Shown here in pieces: positions 1 through 8,543 of a stretch of 35,600 nucleotides of DNA. The notes beneath the pieces are model-generated. The model was not told where the DNA came from, did not search any database, and saw only the letters and a list, made by a program, of their open reading frames with translations. The stretch lies in assembly GCA_964548975.1 (NCBI GenBank), contig CAZJTS010000001.1, positions 1 to 35,600 of the forward strand, written 5' to 3'. A program made the translations under genes and the position numbers. The stretch comes from an uncultured Fastidiosipila sp. Lineage in GTDB: Bacteria; Bacillota; Clostridia; Saccharofermentanales; Fastidiosipilaceae. Each line of letters begins with the position of its first letter. Positions within the stretch are counted from its first letter, which is position 1.

Positions 1-1583
1 AACTCGACGATGCGGGGGGATTTGTAGGAGGAGATGCGGGCGCGGGCGTACTTGCGGATGTCGACGGCGAGTTCGCGGGAGGGTTCGTAGCCGGGTTTGA
101 GGATGACGGTGGCCTTGATCGCCTGGCCTCTGTGGTCGTCGGGAACGCCGGTGACGGCGACTTCGAGGACGGCGGGGTGGCCGAGGACGACGCTCTCGAC
201 TTCGAAAGGCCCGACGCGGAAACCGGAGGTCTTGATCATATCGTCGAGGCGGCCGATGTACCAGAAGTAGCCGTCTTCGTCCATGGTGGCTTCGTCGTGG
301 GTGTGGTAGTAGCCGTTATACCAGACGGATTCAGTGAGTTCGTCGGCATGGGTGTAGCCCTGATACAGGCCGATCGGCTGGTCGGGGCCACGGTCGGCGC
401 GGATACAGATTTCGCCGGTTTCGCCGGGGCCGACTTCTTCGCCGGCTTCGTTCAGGAGAACGACCGGGTAGGTGCCGGTGGGCCTGCCCATGGAGCCGGG
501 CTTGGCTTTCATCCAGTAGTAGGTGGCGCAGCTGAGAACGGTTTCGGTCTGGCCAAAGCCTTCCTTGAGCTCCAGTCCGGTCTGGCGGAGGCAGTCATTA
601 AAGACTTCGGCGGGCAGAGCTTCACCGGCGACGGTGAGGTTTTGCAGGGAACTGAGGTTATACCGCGTCAGGTCTTCCTGGAGGAGATAGCGGTAGGTAG
701 TGGGCGGGGCGCAGAAGGTGGTGATGTGGTCTTCAGCCATGTGCTCCAGCATACGGCCGGGGTTGAAGATGTTGAAGTCGTAGACGTAGATGCCGGCCTC
801 CATCAGCCATTGACCATAGATTTTGCCCCAGACGGATTTCGCCCAGCCGCTGTCCGACACGGTAAAGTGGAGCCCGTTTGGATCGACTTTTTGCCAGTAT
901 TTGGCCGTCGGAATATGGGCAATCGGGTAGCGATAGTTGTGGGAAACCATCTTCGGCTGGCCCTCGGTTCCGGAGGTAAAATAGAGCAGCATAGTGTCGT
1001 CTGCGGCGGGGAGGTCGTCAGGCCGCTGAAAAGGCGCAGCGGCAATAAGACCGAGGTCGAAGTCCTGCCAGCCGTGTTTCGAGCCCATGACCATGACTTT
1101 CTTGACGGGCTTTTCATATTCATCAACAGCTTCGTCGACGTGGTCGCTGACCTCGCCGATCTCCGTGCAGATGATGGCAGAAATGTCGGCGATGCGCAGG
1201 CGGTAGAGGATATCGGACGCACGCAGTTGAAAGGTGGCGGGAATGCAGATCGCGCCGATTTTGTGGAGCCCCAGGATGGCGAACCAGAACTGATAGTGCC
1301 GACGCAGAATAAGCATGACCCGGTCGTTCTTGCCGATGCCGATGCTCCGGAAGTAGGAGGCGGCCTTATCACTGCCATGTTTAAGATCCTGGAAAGTGAG
1401 GTCAACCTTGCCACCGCGATCATCAGTCCAGCGCATCGCCCGCCGGTGTGGCGTCTCGGTGCCGAGGCGATCGATCACGTCATAAGCGAAGTTGAAATCA
1501 TCCGGACAGTGAAGCGAGAACGCTTCGACTTCACCTGCTGAGTCAAGAGTTTCAGTCAGGTAATCTTTGTATATATTTAACAT
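1..1583 (-). CDS. AMP-forming acyl-CoA synthetase / AMP-binding-family ligase (partial; the C-terminal end lies beyond the window start)
   Basis: Absent from the supplied track because there is no stop in the window. My minus-strand translation from ATG 1583-1581 (SD GGGAGG at 1595-1590, 6-nt spacer) reads MLNIYKDYLTETLDSAGEVEAFSLHCPDDFNFAYDVIDRLG... and stays open to position 1. It contains the AMP-binding motifs LLYFTSGTEGQPKMV, GYYHTHDEA and GRLDDMIKTSGFRVGPFEVES. The + ORF 132..1541 is its antisense shadow. Confidence 0.9.
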   Translation of the reverse strand, partial: MLNIYKDYLTETLDSAGEVEAFSLHCPDDFNFAYDVIDRLGTETPHRRAMRWTDDRGGKVDLTFQDLKHGSDKAASYFRSIGIGKNDRVMLILRRHYQFWFAILGLHKIGAICIPATFQLRASDILYRLRIADISAIICTEIGEVSDHVDEAVDEYEKPVKKVMVMGSKHGWQDFDLGLIAAAPFQRPDDLPAADDTMLLYFTSGTEGQPKMVSHNYRYPIAHIPTAKYWQKVDPNGLHFTVSDSGWAKSVWGKIYGQWLMEAGIYVYDFNIFNPGRMLEHMAEDHITTFCAPPTTYRYLLQEDLTRYNLSSLQNLTVAGEALPAEVFNDCLRQTGLELKEGFGQTETVLSCATYYWMKAKPGSMGRPTGTYPVVLLNEAGEEVGPGETGEICIRADRGPDQPIGLYQGYTHADELTESVWYNGYYHTHDEATMDEDGYFWYIGRLDDMIKTSGFRVGPFEVESVVLGHPAVLEVAVTGVPDDHRGQAIKATVILKPGYEPSRELAVDIRKYARARISSYKSPRIVE

Positions 1584-1627
1584 ATGGGTCCTCCCGTTTT
1601 TGTGCTGGATAACGTAGGTGTGCCGCC

Positions 1628-1656
1628 ATAATACCACGCATCACAGCACCTGACGA
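1628..1656 (-). promoter_or_regulatory. Candidate sigma-A promoter for the acyl-CoA synthetase gene (extended -10)
   Basis: The minus strand reads TCGTCA - 17 nt - TATTAT, with TGn immediately upstream of the -10 (cgTGgTATTAT). It lies about 45 nt upstream of ATG 1583. Motif match only. Confidence 0.4.
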
Positions 1657-1703
1657 TAACGGATGGTGAACTTTTCAGAAATTATTTTGACTATCAAAGC
1701 ATT

Positions 1704-4286
1704 TTAGATCCAGCGCTTGAACCTCCGTATATAGAAGCGTTTCATCAGCTGTGCGGCTGTGAAGTAACCGGCCAAAAGCAAGATCAGCCAAGGCACAAAA
1801 CTGAGCGGCAACACCTGCATATCGATCGCCACCGCCGCCCGGGTGAAGCCGATCACCAGCCCAACAACGGCAATGAGCAGCGTTGATAAAAGCAGCGGAA
1901 AAGCCGGCCAACTCTGAACGAAAGGCGTCCTCGCCGTCCGAATGACATGGATAACCAGCACCTGCGAGAGCGTGCCGAAAACAAACCAGCCCGCATGGAA
2001 CAGAGGCGCCGAGACTGAAGCCCCGATCGCATGCCACAGCACCAGGAAGCAGAAGATGTCGAAGATAGAACTCAATGGCCCCATCGTAAACATAAACGAC
2101 TTGATTGAGCCGGTTTCCCAGCGCCGCGGCTCCCGCAGATAGCTTTCATCCATCCGGTCGAAGGGCATACCCATCTGCGAAAAATCGCTTAGCAGATTCT
2201 GGGTCAGAATCTGGACCGGCAGCAGCGGCAAGAACGGCAGGAAGACGCTGGCGATCAGCACCGAGATCATATTACCGAGGTTGCCGGACGTCGCCATCTT
2301 AATGTATTTACTGATGTTGCCGAACGTGACCCGCCCCTCAATTACCCCTTCCTCCAGCACCATGAGGTCCTTCTCGAGCAGGATGATGTCCGCGGTTTCT
2401 TTCGCGATGTCGACAGCGGAATCGACGGAAATTCCCACGTCCGCCTGGCGCAGCGCCGGCGCGTCGTTGATGCCGTCGCCCATGTAGCCCACGGTGTGGC
2501 CGAGATTCTGGAGCGCGATCACCACGCGCTCCTTCTGGATGGGCGAGAGTTTGGCGAAGAGATCGCAGCTTTCGACGGCTTTGGCCAAAGCCCGGTCATC
2601 CATAGCCTCCACCTGAGTACCGCTCAGCACGGTATGTGTTTTCACGCCCACCTTGGCGCAGACCTTAATTGCCACACCCTCAGAATCGCCGGTGAGCACG
2701 ATGGTCCGAACGCCATGGTCGGAGAGCGCCCGAATGGCCCGCTCGGCGCTTTCTTTGGGCGGATCCAGAAATCCGACGAACCCGATCAGGACCATATCGC
2801 TCTCGTCCTCGACACTGAAAACACTGCTGTCCGGCACTTCATTCTTCTGTGCCACAGCAATAATGCGCAGACCCTCGCGGTTATGCTGCTCATAGACCTC
2901 CAGCGCCTGCCGCCGGGTATCCTCATCGATAGGCAAAACTTCGCCCTGCAGCTCGATATAAGACGAAATAGCCAGGATTTCTTCGACAGCGCCCTTGGTA
3001 ATCAATTGGCGCTTGCCGCTCCGGTCTTCCACCACCACACTCATCCGCCGCCTAACGAAGTCGAAGGGAATTTCATCCACGCTTTCATAGCGGCCAAGCA
3101 TCTCATTCAACCCATAACTCTCCGCGCGGTTCATGATCGCGACATCGATGAGGTTCTTGAGACCGGTCTGAAAATAACTGTTGAGGTAAGCGTGGCGGAG
3201 CACGCGCGTGTCGTCCTCGCCTTTCACATTCATGTATTTTTCGAGGATAATTTTATCCTCGGTGAGGGTCCCCGTTTTATCGGTGCAGAGAATATCCATC
3301 TCCCCGAAGGCCTGAATCGAGCCGAGGGTACGGACGATGACCTTTCTTTTGGCCATATTCACCGCCCCGATGGCCAAAGTCGAGGTCATAATCACCGGCA
3401 ACAACTGCGGCGTGAGCCCGACAGCGATACTGATCGCGAACAGCAGCGAGTTCGGCCAGTCGCCCTTCGTAATGCCATTGATCAGGAAGACCGCCGGAAC
3501 CATCACAATCATCATACGCACCAGGAGCTTGCTGACCGCATTCACGCCGCGTTCGAAACTGCTTTCGGCGCGGTCGCCGGACAGCGTTTGCGCCATCGAG
3601 CCGAAGTAGGTGTCGTTTCCGGTGGCTAAAGCCAGGGCCGTCGCACTCCCGCTGACGATATTGGTGCCCATCAGGCCGATATTCTCCAGATCGGTAATAG
3701 AACCTTCGGACGTCTTTAATGCACTGAATTTCTCCACCGGCTGGGACTCCCCGGTCAGGGCGGATTGAGCGACGAAGGTGTCTTTGGCCGTTAAAAAACG
3801 GACATCAGCAGGCACCATGTCGCCCGCGGACAGCTTAACGAGATCGCCCGGGACAACCTCGTCCAGGGGAATCTCCACCTCGATGCTGTCCCGCCGGACG
3901 TGCGCCCGATTCGACACCATATCGGACAGCCGGGCGGCAGCTTCGTTCGAGCGCTCACCTTGAATGAACGCCACAGTACTGGAAATCAGCACAAGAACGA
4001 TAATAATGATGACCGTCAGATAATCGGGGCGCGACGCCATCACGACATCGGTGACGTAAGTAATCACTGCGATGATCAGCAGAATAATGTTAAACGGATT
4101 GATCAGGGCCTGGCGGAAGCGGTGCCAGGCGGTATGCTTTTTGCCGATTGTTATGACATTTGGGCCGGCTGTCTCGAGAAGCTCTATCGCCTGCTCGGAG
4201 GTGAGGCCTGTCGGGCTTGTGTTGAGCTCGGCGAAAACCTTCTCAGGCTGTAACAGCGCAAGGCTGCGAAGTCTCGTTTCTTTCAT
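1704..4286 (-). CDS. mgtA: Magnesium-translocating P-type ATPase (MgtA/MgtB type)
   Basis: 860-aa ORF with P-type ATPase hallmarks: actuator motif LTGES, phosphorylation site CTDKTGTLT, hinge MGDGINDAPALRQADVGISV and about 10 predicted TM helices. The N-terminal LTSEQAIELLETAGPN and the overall length fit the MgtA subfamily. Confidence 0.9.
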   Translation of the reverse strand: MKETRLRSLALLQPEKVFAELNTSPTGLTSEQAIELLETAGPNVITIGKKHTAWHRFRQALINPFNIILLIIAVITYVTDVVMASRPDYLTVIIIIVLVLISSTVAFIQGERSNEAAARLSDMVSNRAHVRRDSIEVEIPLDEVVPGDLVKLSAGDMVPADVRFLTAKDTFVAQSALTGESQPVEKFSALKTSEGSITDLENIGLMGTNIVSGSATALALATGNDTYFGSMAQTLSGDRAESSFERGVNAVSKLLVRMMIVMVPAVFLINGITKGDWPNSLLFAISIAVGLTPQLLPVIMTSTLAIGAVNMAKRKVIVRTLGSIQAFGEMDILCTDKTGTLTEDKIILEKYMNVKGEDDTRVLRHAYLNSYFQTGLKNLIDVAIMNRAESYGLNEMLGRYESVDEIPFDFVRRRMSVVVEDRSGKRQLITKGAVEEILAISSYIELQGEVLPIDEDTRRQALEVYEQHNREGLRIIAVAQKNEVPDSSVFSVEDESDMVLIGFVGFLDPPKESAERAIRALSDHGVRTIVLTGDSEGVAIKVCAKVGVKTHTVLSGTQVEAMDDRALAKAVESCDLFAKLSPIQKERVVIALQNLGHTVGYMGDGINDAPALRQADVGISVDSAVDIAKETADIILLEKDLMVLEEGVIEGRVTFGNISKYIKMATSGNLGNMISVLIASVFLPFLPLLPVQILTQNLLSDFSQMGMPFDRMDESYLREPRRWETGSIKSFMFTMGPLSSIFDIFCFLVLWHAIGASVSAPLFHAGWFVFGTLSQVLVIHVIRTARTPFVQSWPAFPLLLSTLLIAVVGLVIGFTRAAVAIDMQVLPLSFVPWLILLLAGYFTAAQLMKRFYIRRFKRWI

Positions 4287-4466
4287 AAGGGTGTTTCCTT
4301 TCTGGGTAAATGCACCCGTTAAATCAGCCTGTCGGTGAAAGGGCTCCGGTTGTGTCCCATCTGAGGACTCGCTGGAGATAAGAAGGGATTCTTCGAGTGC
4401 GGGGTTTCAATTGTTCTCGATAAGGTTCAGATTCCAACTTATCACTTCCTCTCTTAGGCAAAGTCG
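4287..4466 (-). promoter_or_regulatory. Long (~180 nt) structured 5' leader of mgtA; riboswitch or attenuator candidate, class unresolved
   Basis: This is the distance from the predicted promoter to ATG 4286. Several mutually exclusive helices can be drawn, for example GAGAGGAAG/CUUCUUAUCUC, GAUAAG/CUUAUC and AAGAA/UUCUU. A GGGUG...CACCC pairing brackets the SD (AAAGGAAA). No hairpin followed by a U-tract is present. Confidence 0.4.
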
Positions 4467-4472
4467 TTGTCG

Positions 4473-4501
4473 ATTATAATCGACCGGCGGACTTGTGTCC
4501 G
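4473..4501 (-). promoter_or_regulatory. Candidate sigma-A promoter for mgtA
   Basis: The minus strand reads CGGACA - 17 nt - TATAAT. The -10 lies inside the perfect 16-bp palindrome GTCGATTATAATCGAC (4469-4484). Confidence 0.45.
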
Positions 4502-4549
4502 CTCAGACGACAGCCTATGATAGCAGTAGAATGATTCGCATGAGGTGAG

Positions 4550-5422
4550 ATGATGTTTGCAACACTTTTTTCGTCCAAAAAACTCCCCATGCGGATTTTT
4601 TATGTCTTTCTGGGCAGCTTCCTGATGGCGCTATCCATGAACCTCTTCATCGCGACCGGCGGTCTCCTGCCGGGTGGTTTCGTGGGACTCTCCATTCTGA
4701 TTCAGCGGATCTTTGCCCAGTATCTGGATATTCAGATTCCCTATACCGCCATCAACCTTACGCTGAATATTCTCCCGGCCGCCTACGCCTTCTTCCGCAT
4801 CGGTCGGCGTTTCGTCTACCTGTCCTTCTTCTCCGTTGCAGTCAGCAGTTTCCTGATTGATTTACTGCCCGTTTACACCGTTACCAACGACATGGTGCTG
4901 ACCACCGTGTTCGCAGGGTTCCTCAACGGCATCGGCCTGATCATCATCCTCAATGCCAACGCCAGTGCGGGTGGAACGGATTTCATTGCAATCGCGGTTT
5001 CCAATTTACATAACGTTGCAACCTGGAACTACGTGATGGTTTTCAACGGTTTACTACTCGTTGCAAGCGGCCTGCTTTTTGGCCTGGACAAAGCCCTATA
5101 TTCCATCATCTATCAGTACATCTCGACGCAACTGGTTACCAGCGGGCACCTTCGTTACCAACGCAAGACCGCCTTCATCATTACCAAAGCCACCGATGAT
5201 ATTACCAACGACATCATGGCGTTGACCGGACATGGAATTACCCTCTTCAAAGGCCAAGGCGCGTTCAGCGGTGAGGAGCGGCATCTGCTCTATATGGTGG
5301 TGGGCAGAAAGGATGTCCGCGCGATCAAAAACTACCTTCGTGACAATGCACCCGATGCGTTTATGAATGTCACGGATTCCGAGCAGCTTCGAGGCAGATT
5401 CAAGCTCGATCCAATGGACTAA
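4550..5422 (+). CDS. YitT-family membrane protein (YitT membrane domain plus C-terminal DUF2179-like domain)
   Basis: The N-terminal part is a polytopic membrane region (LGSFLMALSMNLFIATGGLLPGGFVGLSILIQ). The soluble C-terminal part (ITLFKGQGAFSGEERHLLYMVVGRKDVRAIKNYL) is typical of the family. SD GAGGTG at 4542-4547 favours the second ATG (4553) as the true start. Confidence 0.8.
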   Translation: MMFATLFSSKKLPMRIFYVFLGSFLMALSMNLFIATGGLLPGGFVGLSILIQRIFAQYLDIQIPYTAINLTLNILPAAYAFFRIGRRFVYLSFFSVAVSSFLIDLLPVYTVTNDMVLTTVFAGFLNGIGLIIILNANASAGGTDFIAIAVSNLHNVATWNYVMVFNGLLLVASGLLFGLDKALYSIIYQYISTQLVTSGHLRYQRKTAFIITKATDDITNDIMALTGHGITLFKGQGAFSGEERHLLYMVVGRKDVRAIKNYLRDNAPDAFMNVTDSEQLRGRFKLDPMD

Positions 5423-5518
5423 AAAAATAATTTACAAAAACGTCACTTAAGGCTTGTCTTTTATGTTAAGAGCGTGTTAAACTACGTGTTCAAATCGATA
5501 CAAGGTGAGCAATAAGTT

Positions 5519-7501
5519 ATGAAAGTGAATAGTACATTCAATAGCGCCTATCTCCTCTGTACGATACTCTATAGCGAAATCTTTTTTCATGCCCTAGTCT
5601 ACCGTACCTTTAGTTTAAGTCTGTTTACAGTCCTCTTCTCGGTTATTTCCGGGCTCCTAATCTACCTGATCCTCCGCCTTCTGCCGTCCCGTCACCGCTT
5701 CCGAACCACCATCGTTCTGCTGGTTCTAATGTGGATCGTCTATGTTTCGCAGTTTCTTTATTACAGCCTCTTCAAGCAGCTTTATACGATCTATTCCCTG
5801 ACGAACGGCGCTCAGGTTGCTGAGTTCTGGCGCGACATTCTGAATCTCATCCTACGTAACAGCTTCTGGATCCTGATTTTCAGCGTCCCGCTTCTCATCT
5901 ATCTGCTGATCAATCAGCTGTTGGCCAAAGTCCGGCCGGCCAAGCCGACCCGCCGCCTGCTGAGCCTCACGCTCCTCATCCCCGCCACAGTCATCTGGCT
6001 CCTGACCACCAATGCTATTTCGGCTCGGACGGAGGGCACGCCATCGATTCAGGCGTTGTATCAGTTCGAGAATGAGCCTTTACTCGCGGCCAAAAACTTT
6101 GGCCTGCTCACCGCCATGCGCCTCGATCTCTACCACATGCTCATGCCGCCGGAAGCTGACCTCTCCACACCGCCGGTTCAGATTCCGGTTGTTACAACAA
6201 CCACGCCCTCAAAGCCAGAGCATGTCGACACCGCTGAAACCCAACCATCCGTGTCACCCACGCCGGTGCCGGAACCCCAGATATTGAACATCGACTTCGA
6301 CCGCCTGATCGCCGAAACAAACGATCCGACCCTCGAAGGCATGCATAAATATTTTCAGAATATTCGCCCCACGACGACCAATCCCTACAGCGGCCGCTAC
6401 AAGGACTACAATCTGATCTTTATCACCGCTGAAGCCTATTCGCGCTTCTCGCCCGATCCCGTCCTCACACCAACCCTCTGGAAACTCCAGGAAGAAGGCA
6501 TGAAGTTCACCAATTTCTATAATCCTGTTTGGGGCGTCTCCACACTGGACGGGGAGTACGTCGGGCTGACCGGCCTGATCCCGAAAAGCGGCGTCTGGAG
6601 CCTCTTCCGCTCCTCCACAAACGACATGCGCTTCAGTTACGGCAACCGCTTGCGCGAATTCGGCTACCAAACCCAAGCGTACCACAACCACACCTACACT
6701 TATTACAATAGAGACCAGTCCCACCCGAACCTCGGCTACGACTACATGGGAGTTGGTAACGGCCTCAATATTAAGCCCACCTGGCCCGGTTCCGACATCG
6801 AGCTGATGACCGAGACGATGGACCGCTACATGGATCAGCCGAAGTTCCACACCTATTACCTGACCGTCAGCGGCCACATGGGTTATCGCTTCATCGACAA
6901 CGCCATGGCCACGAAGAACCGTGACCTCGTTGCCGACCTCCCCTACCACACTGAGGAGGCCAAAGGCTACATGGCCACACAGATCGAGTTCGACCGGGCC
7001 ATGGAGCTCCTGCTCTCCACCCTGAAGGCCAAAGGCATCGCCGACAAAACCCTCATCGTCGTCAATGCGGACCACTATCCCTATGGCCTCCCCCAGGAGT
7101 CGATCGACGAACTCGCCGGCGAAAAGGTGGACCCCGTCTTCGAGATCTACCGCGGCTCGCTCCTCCTTTACGTCGACGGCATGAAGCCTGAAACCATCGA
7201 CAAGGTCAGCTACAGCGTCGACGTCCTGCCGACCATCTATAACCTCCTCGGCATCCCCTACGATTCTCGTCTCTTCGCCGGTCGCGACATTTTCTCCGAC
7301 GAGCCGGGCCTGGCGATTTTCAAGGATCGCTCCTGGATCTCCGATCAAGGGCGCTTCAATGCGGCCAAAGCCCAGTTCACCCCCAACCCGGGTGTCACCG
7401 TGAGCAGCGACTATGTCGAACAGATGAACCGTCTGGTCGAGCAGCGTTTCCAATATTCGCGGTTGATTCTGGAAGAGGATTATTATCGGTGTTTGGATTG
7501 A
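5519..7501 (+). CDS. LTA synthase (LtaS)-family / sulfatase-superfamily membrane protein
   Basis: Five N-terminal TM helices are followed by a Pro/Thr-rich linker (PPVQIPVVTTTTPSKPEHVDTAETQPSVSPTPVPEPQ). The extracellular domain (YNLIFITAEAYS..., HYPYG) fits the alkaline-phosphatase/sulfatase fold. SD AAGGTGAG at 5502-5509. Confidence 0.75.
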   Translation: MKVNSTFNSAYLLCTILYSEIFFHALVYRTFSLSLFTVLFSVISGLLIYLILRLLPSRHRFRTTIVLLVLMWIVYVSQFLYYSLFKQLYTIYSLTNGAQVAEFWRDILNLILRNSFWILIFSVPLLIYLLINQLLAKVRPAKPTRRLLSLTLLIPATVIWLLTTNAISARTEGTPSIQALYQFENEPLLAAKNFGLLTAMRLDLYHMLMPPEADLSTPPVQIPVVTTTTPSKPEHVDTAETQPSVSPTPVPEPQILNIDFDRLIAETNDPTLEGMHKYFQNIRPTTTNPYSGRYKDYNLIFITAEAYSRFSPDPVLTPTLWKLQEEGMKFTNFYNPVWGVSTLDGEYVGLTGLIPKSGVWSLFRSSTNDMRFSYGNRLREFGYQTQAYHNHTYTYYNRDQSHPNLGYDYMGVGNGLNIKPTWPGSDIELMTETMDRYMDQPKFHTYYLTVSGHMGYRFIDNAMATKNRDLVADLPYHTEEAKGYMATQIEFDRAMELLLSTLKAKGIADKTLIVVNADHYPYGLPQESIDELAGEKVDPVFEIYRGSLLLYVDGMKPETIDKVSYSVDVLPTIYNLLGIPYDSRLFAGRDIFSDEPGLAIFKDRSWISDQGRFNAAKAQFTPNPGVTVSSDYVEQMNRLVEQRFQYSRLILEEDYYRCLD

Positions 7502-7636
7502 GGATTCGAAAATGAAGAAGGTGACCCCAGGGGCAAAGGATTCTTGGCTTTCGCCTACTCCCACTTGGGAACCCAGCCTTATTCCTTCACAAGTCACCTC
7601 GGAAACATTATAGCAGTACTGAGATGAAACGAAATA

Positions 7637-7668
7637 AAAGCCTGCAAACCACTACGCTTACAGGCTTT
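7637..7668. terminator. Rho-independent terminator hairpin, strongest on the minus strand (downstream of tRNA-Arg); may also stop the LtaS-family transcript
   Basis: AAAGCCTG (7637-7644) pairs with CAGGCTTT (7661-7668) across a 16-nt loop. On the minus strand the hairpin is followed by UUUUAUUU. On the plus strand it is followed by AUUCU, which is weaker. Confidence 0.6.
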
Positions 7669-7672
7669 ATTC

Positions 7673-7747
7673 TGGTGCCCCAGACAAGAATCGAACTCGT
7701 ATGTGCAGCTCCGGAAACTGCCGCCTTATCCATTAGGCCACTGGGGC
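7673..7747 (-). tRNA. tRNA-Arg(CCG): tRNA-Arg, anticodon CCG, CCA end encoded
   Basis: The reverse complement is GCCCCAGTGGCCTAATGGATAAGGCGGCAGTTTCCGGAGCTGCACATACGAGTTCGATTCTTGTCTGGGGCACCA (75 nt) and folds as a cloverleaf. The acceptor stem is GCCCCAG/CTGGGGC and the D arm is GCCT/AGGC. The anticodon stem is GCAGT/GCTGC with loop TTCCGGA (anticodon CCG). The T arm is ACGAG/CTTGT with loop TTCGATT. Confidence 0.95.
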
Positions 7748-7970
7748 GAGGACACGGATAGTAGTATACCGATTTTTTGGACAAAATTCTACAGCCCTTT
7801 TAGTCTGAGTAGATCTGTTCTATAATGCGCATAAGAGATTCCTTCTTTCTGTTTTGCGCTAATTACTGATAAGATAGGAATCTCGTTTTTTTATGTCCCG
7901 CCTAAATTTCAACCTAGACTACTGAAAATTCTACGCCAATTTTTTGGCCGCATCTCCACCCACCCAATAA

Positions 7971-8384
7971 CTATTCGCTACCAACCTGCAGCCGCTCGGA
8001 CACCGAACGTTTCCCGAAATACCCGGACAGCAGAAGGATCAGTGCGATGCAGGCGAGAATGCCGTCGAGTGCGCCTGCCGGGAGGAGGAAAACCAGGAGA
8101 ATCATACTGACAATACAGTTGATCAGCGAAAGGACGAATCCCCACATGCGGTCTTTGAGCAGCGCGGCGGCGCCGATGATGCGGGTGACGCCGAAGACCA
8201 GGCCGGAAACGAGAAGTAGTTCCATGTTTTCGCTGAAGAAGGGTACGACGAATTTATAACGCACGATTGAGTCGGCTGTATTCTCGGCATTGACTATGCC
8301 GCTTAGGGCAAAGAGGATCGGAGCGATTTCCATCGCGAAGCCCTGAATAAGGATTATGGTTGCTCCCCATTTCACTTTGTTCAT
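7971..8384 (-). CDS. Small integral membrane protein (about 4 TM), function unknown
   Basis: 137-aa ORF made of hydrophobic helices (ATIILIQGFAMEIAPILFAL, LLLVSGLVFGVTRIIGAAALL, GFVLSLINCIVSMILLVFLL, LDGILACIALILLLSGYF). SD GGAGG lies upstream of ATG 8384. It is divergent from the MarR gene. I recognise no family. Confidence 0.6.
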   Translation of the reverse strand: MNKVKWGATIILIQGFAMEIAPILFALSGIVNAENTADSIVRYKFVVPFFSENMELLLVSGLVFGVTRIIGAAALLKDRMWGFVLSLINCIVSMILLVFLLPAGALDGILACIALILLLSGYFGKRSVSERLQVGSE

Positions 8385-8543
8385 ACAAACCTCCGTAAGC
8401 TGACACTGAATGCGCTGAATTTATCCTCAGAATAGCACGAATCGGCCGCGAGCGATCTATGTATTCGACAGGGGGCGAGGCTAATGGTAGGCTTTCATAA
8501 TAGTTGCACGCGCAACGATCACCCGAGAAAGAGTTAAACAGAC

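Noticed and set aside
132-1541. 469-aa plus-strand ORF (and the 206-aa minus ORF 803..1423)
   Set aside because: The composition is Gly/Val/Asp/Ala-rich with no recognisable motifs. It is antisense to a minus-strand frame that encodes a complete set of AMP-binding enzyme motifs. This is a typical shadow ORF in DNA with GC-rich third positions.
2496-3629. 377-aa plus-strand ORF, plus other plus-strand ORFs between 1942 and 4338
   Set aside because: All lie antisense to, or out of frame within, the mgtA coding region. mgtA has unambiguous P-type ATPase motifs, and these ORFs have no family features.
4287-4466. Calling the mgtA leader an M-box (ykoK) riboswitch
   Set aside because: An M-box is expected from context. 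However, I could not find the conserved blocks (GUUAGGUGAGGCUCC, AAUGGGUCAACAG, GUGCUAAA) with convincing identity on the correct strand. A GGTGAAAGGGCTCC-like string occurs only on the opposite strand. I left the class unresolved pending a covariance-model search.
6254-7597. 447-aa minus-strand ORF
   Set aside because: It is antisense to the LtaS-family gene. The sequence is a low-information Gly/Val/Asp/Glu-rich shadow, and there is no SD.
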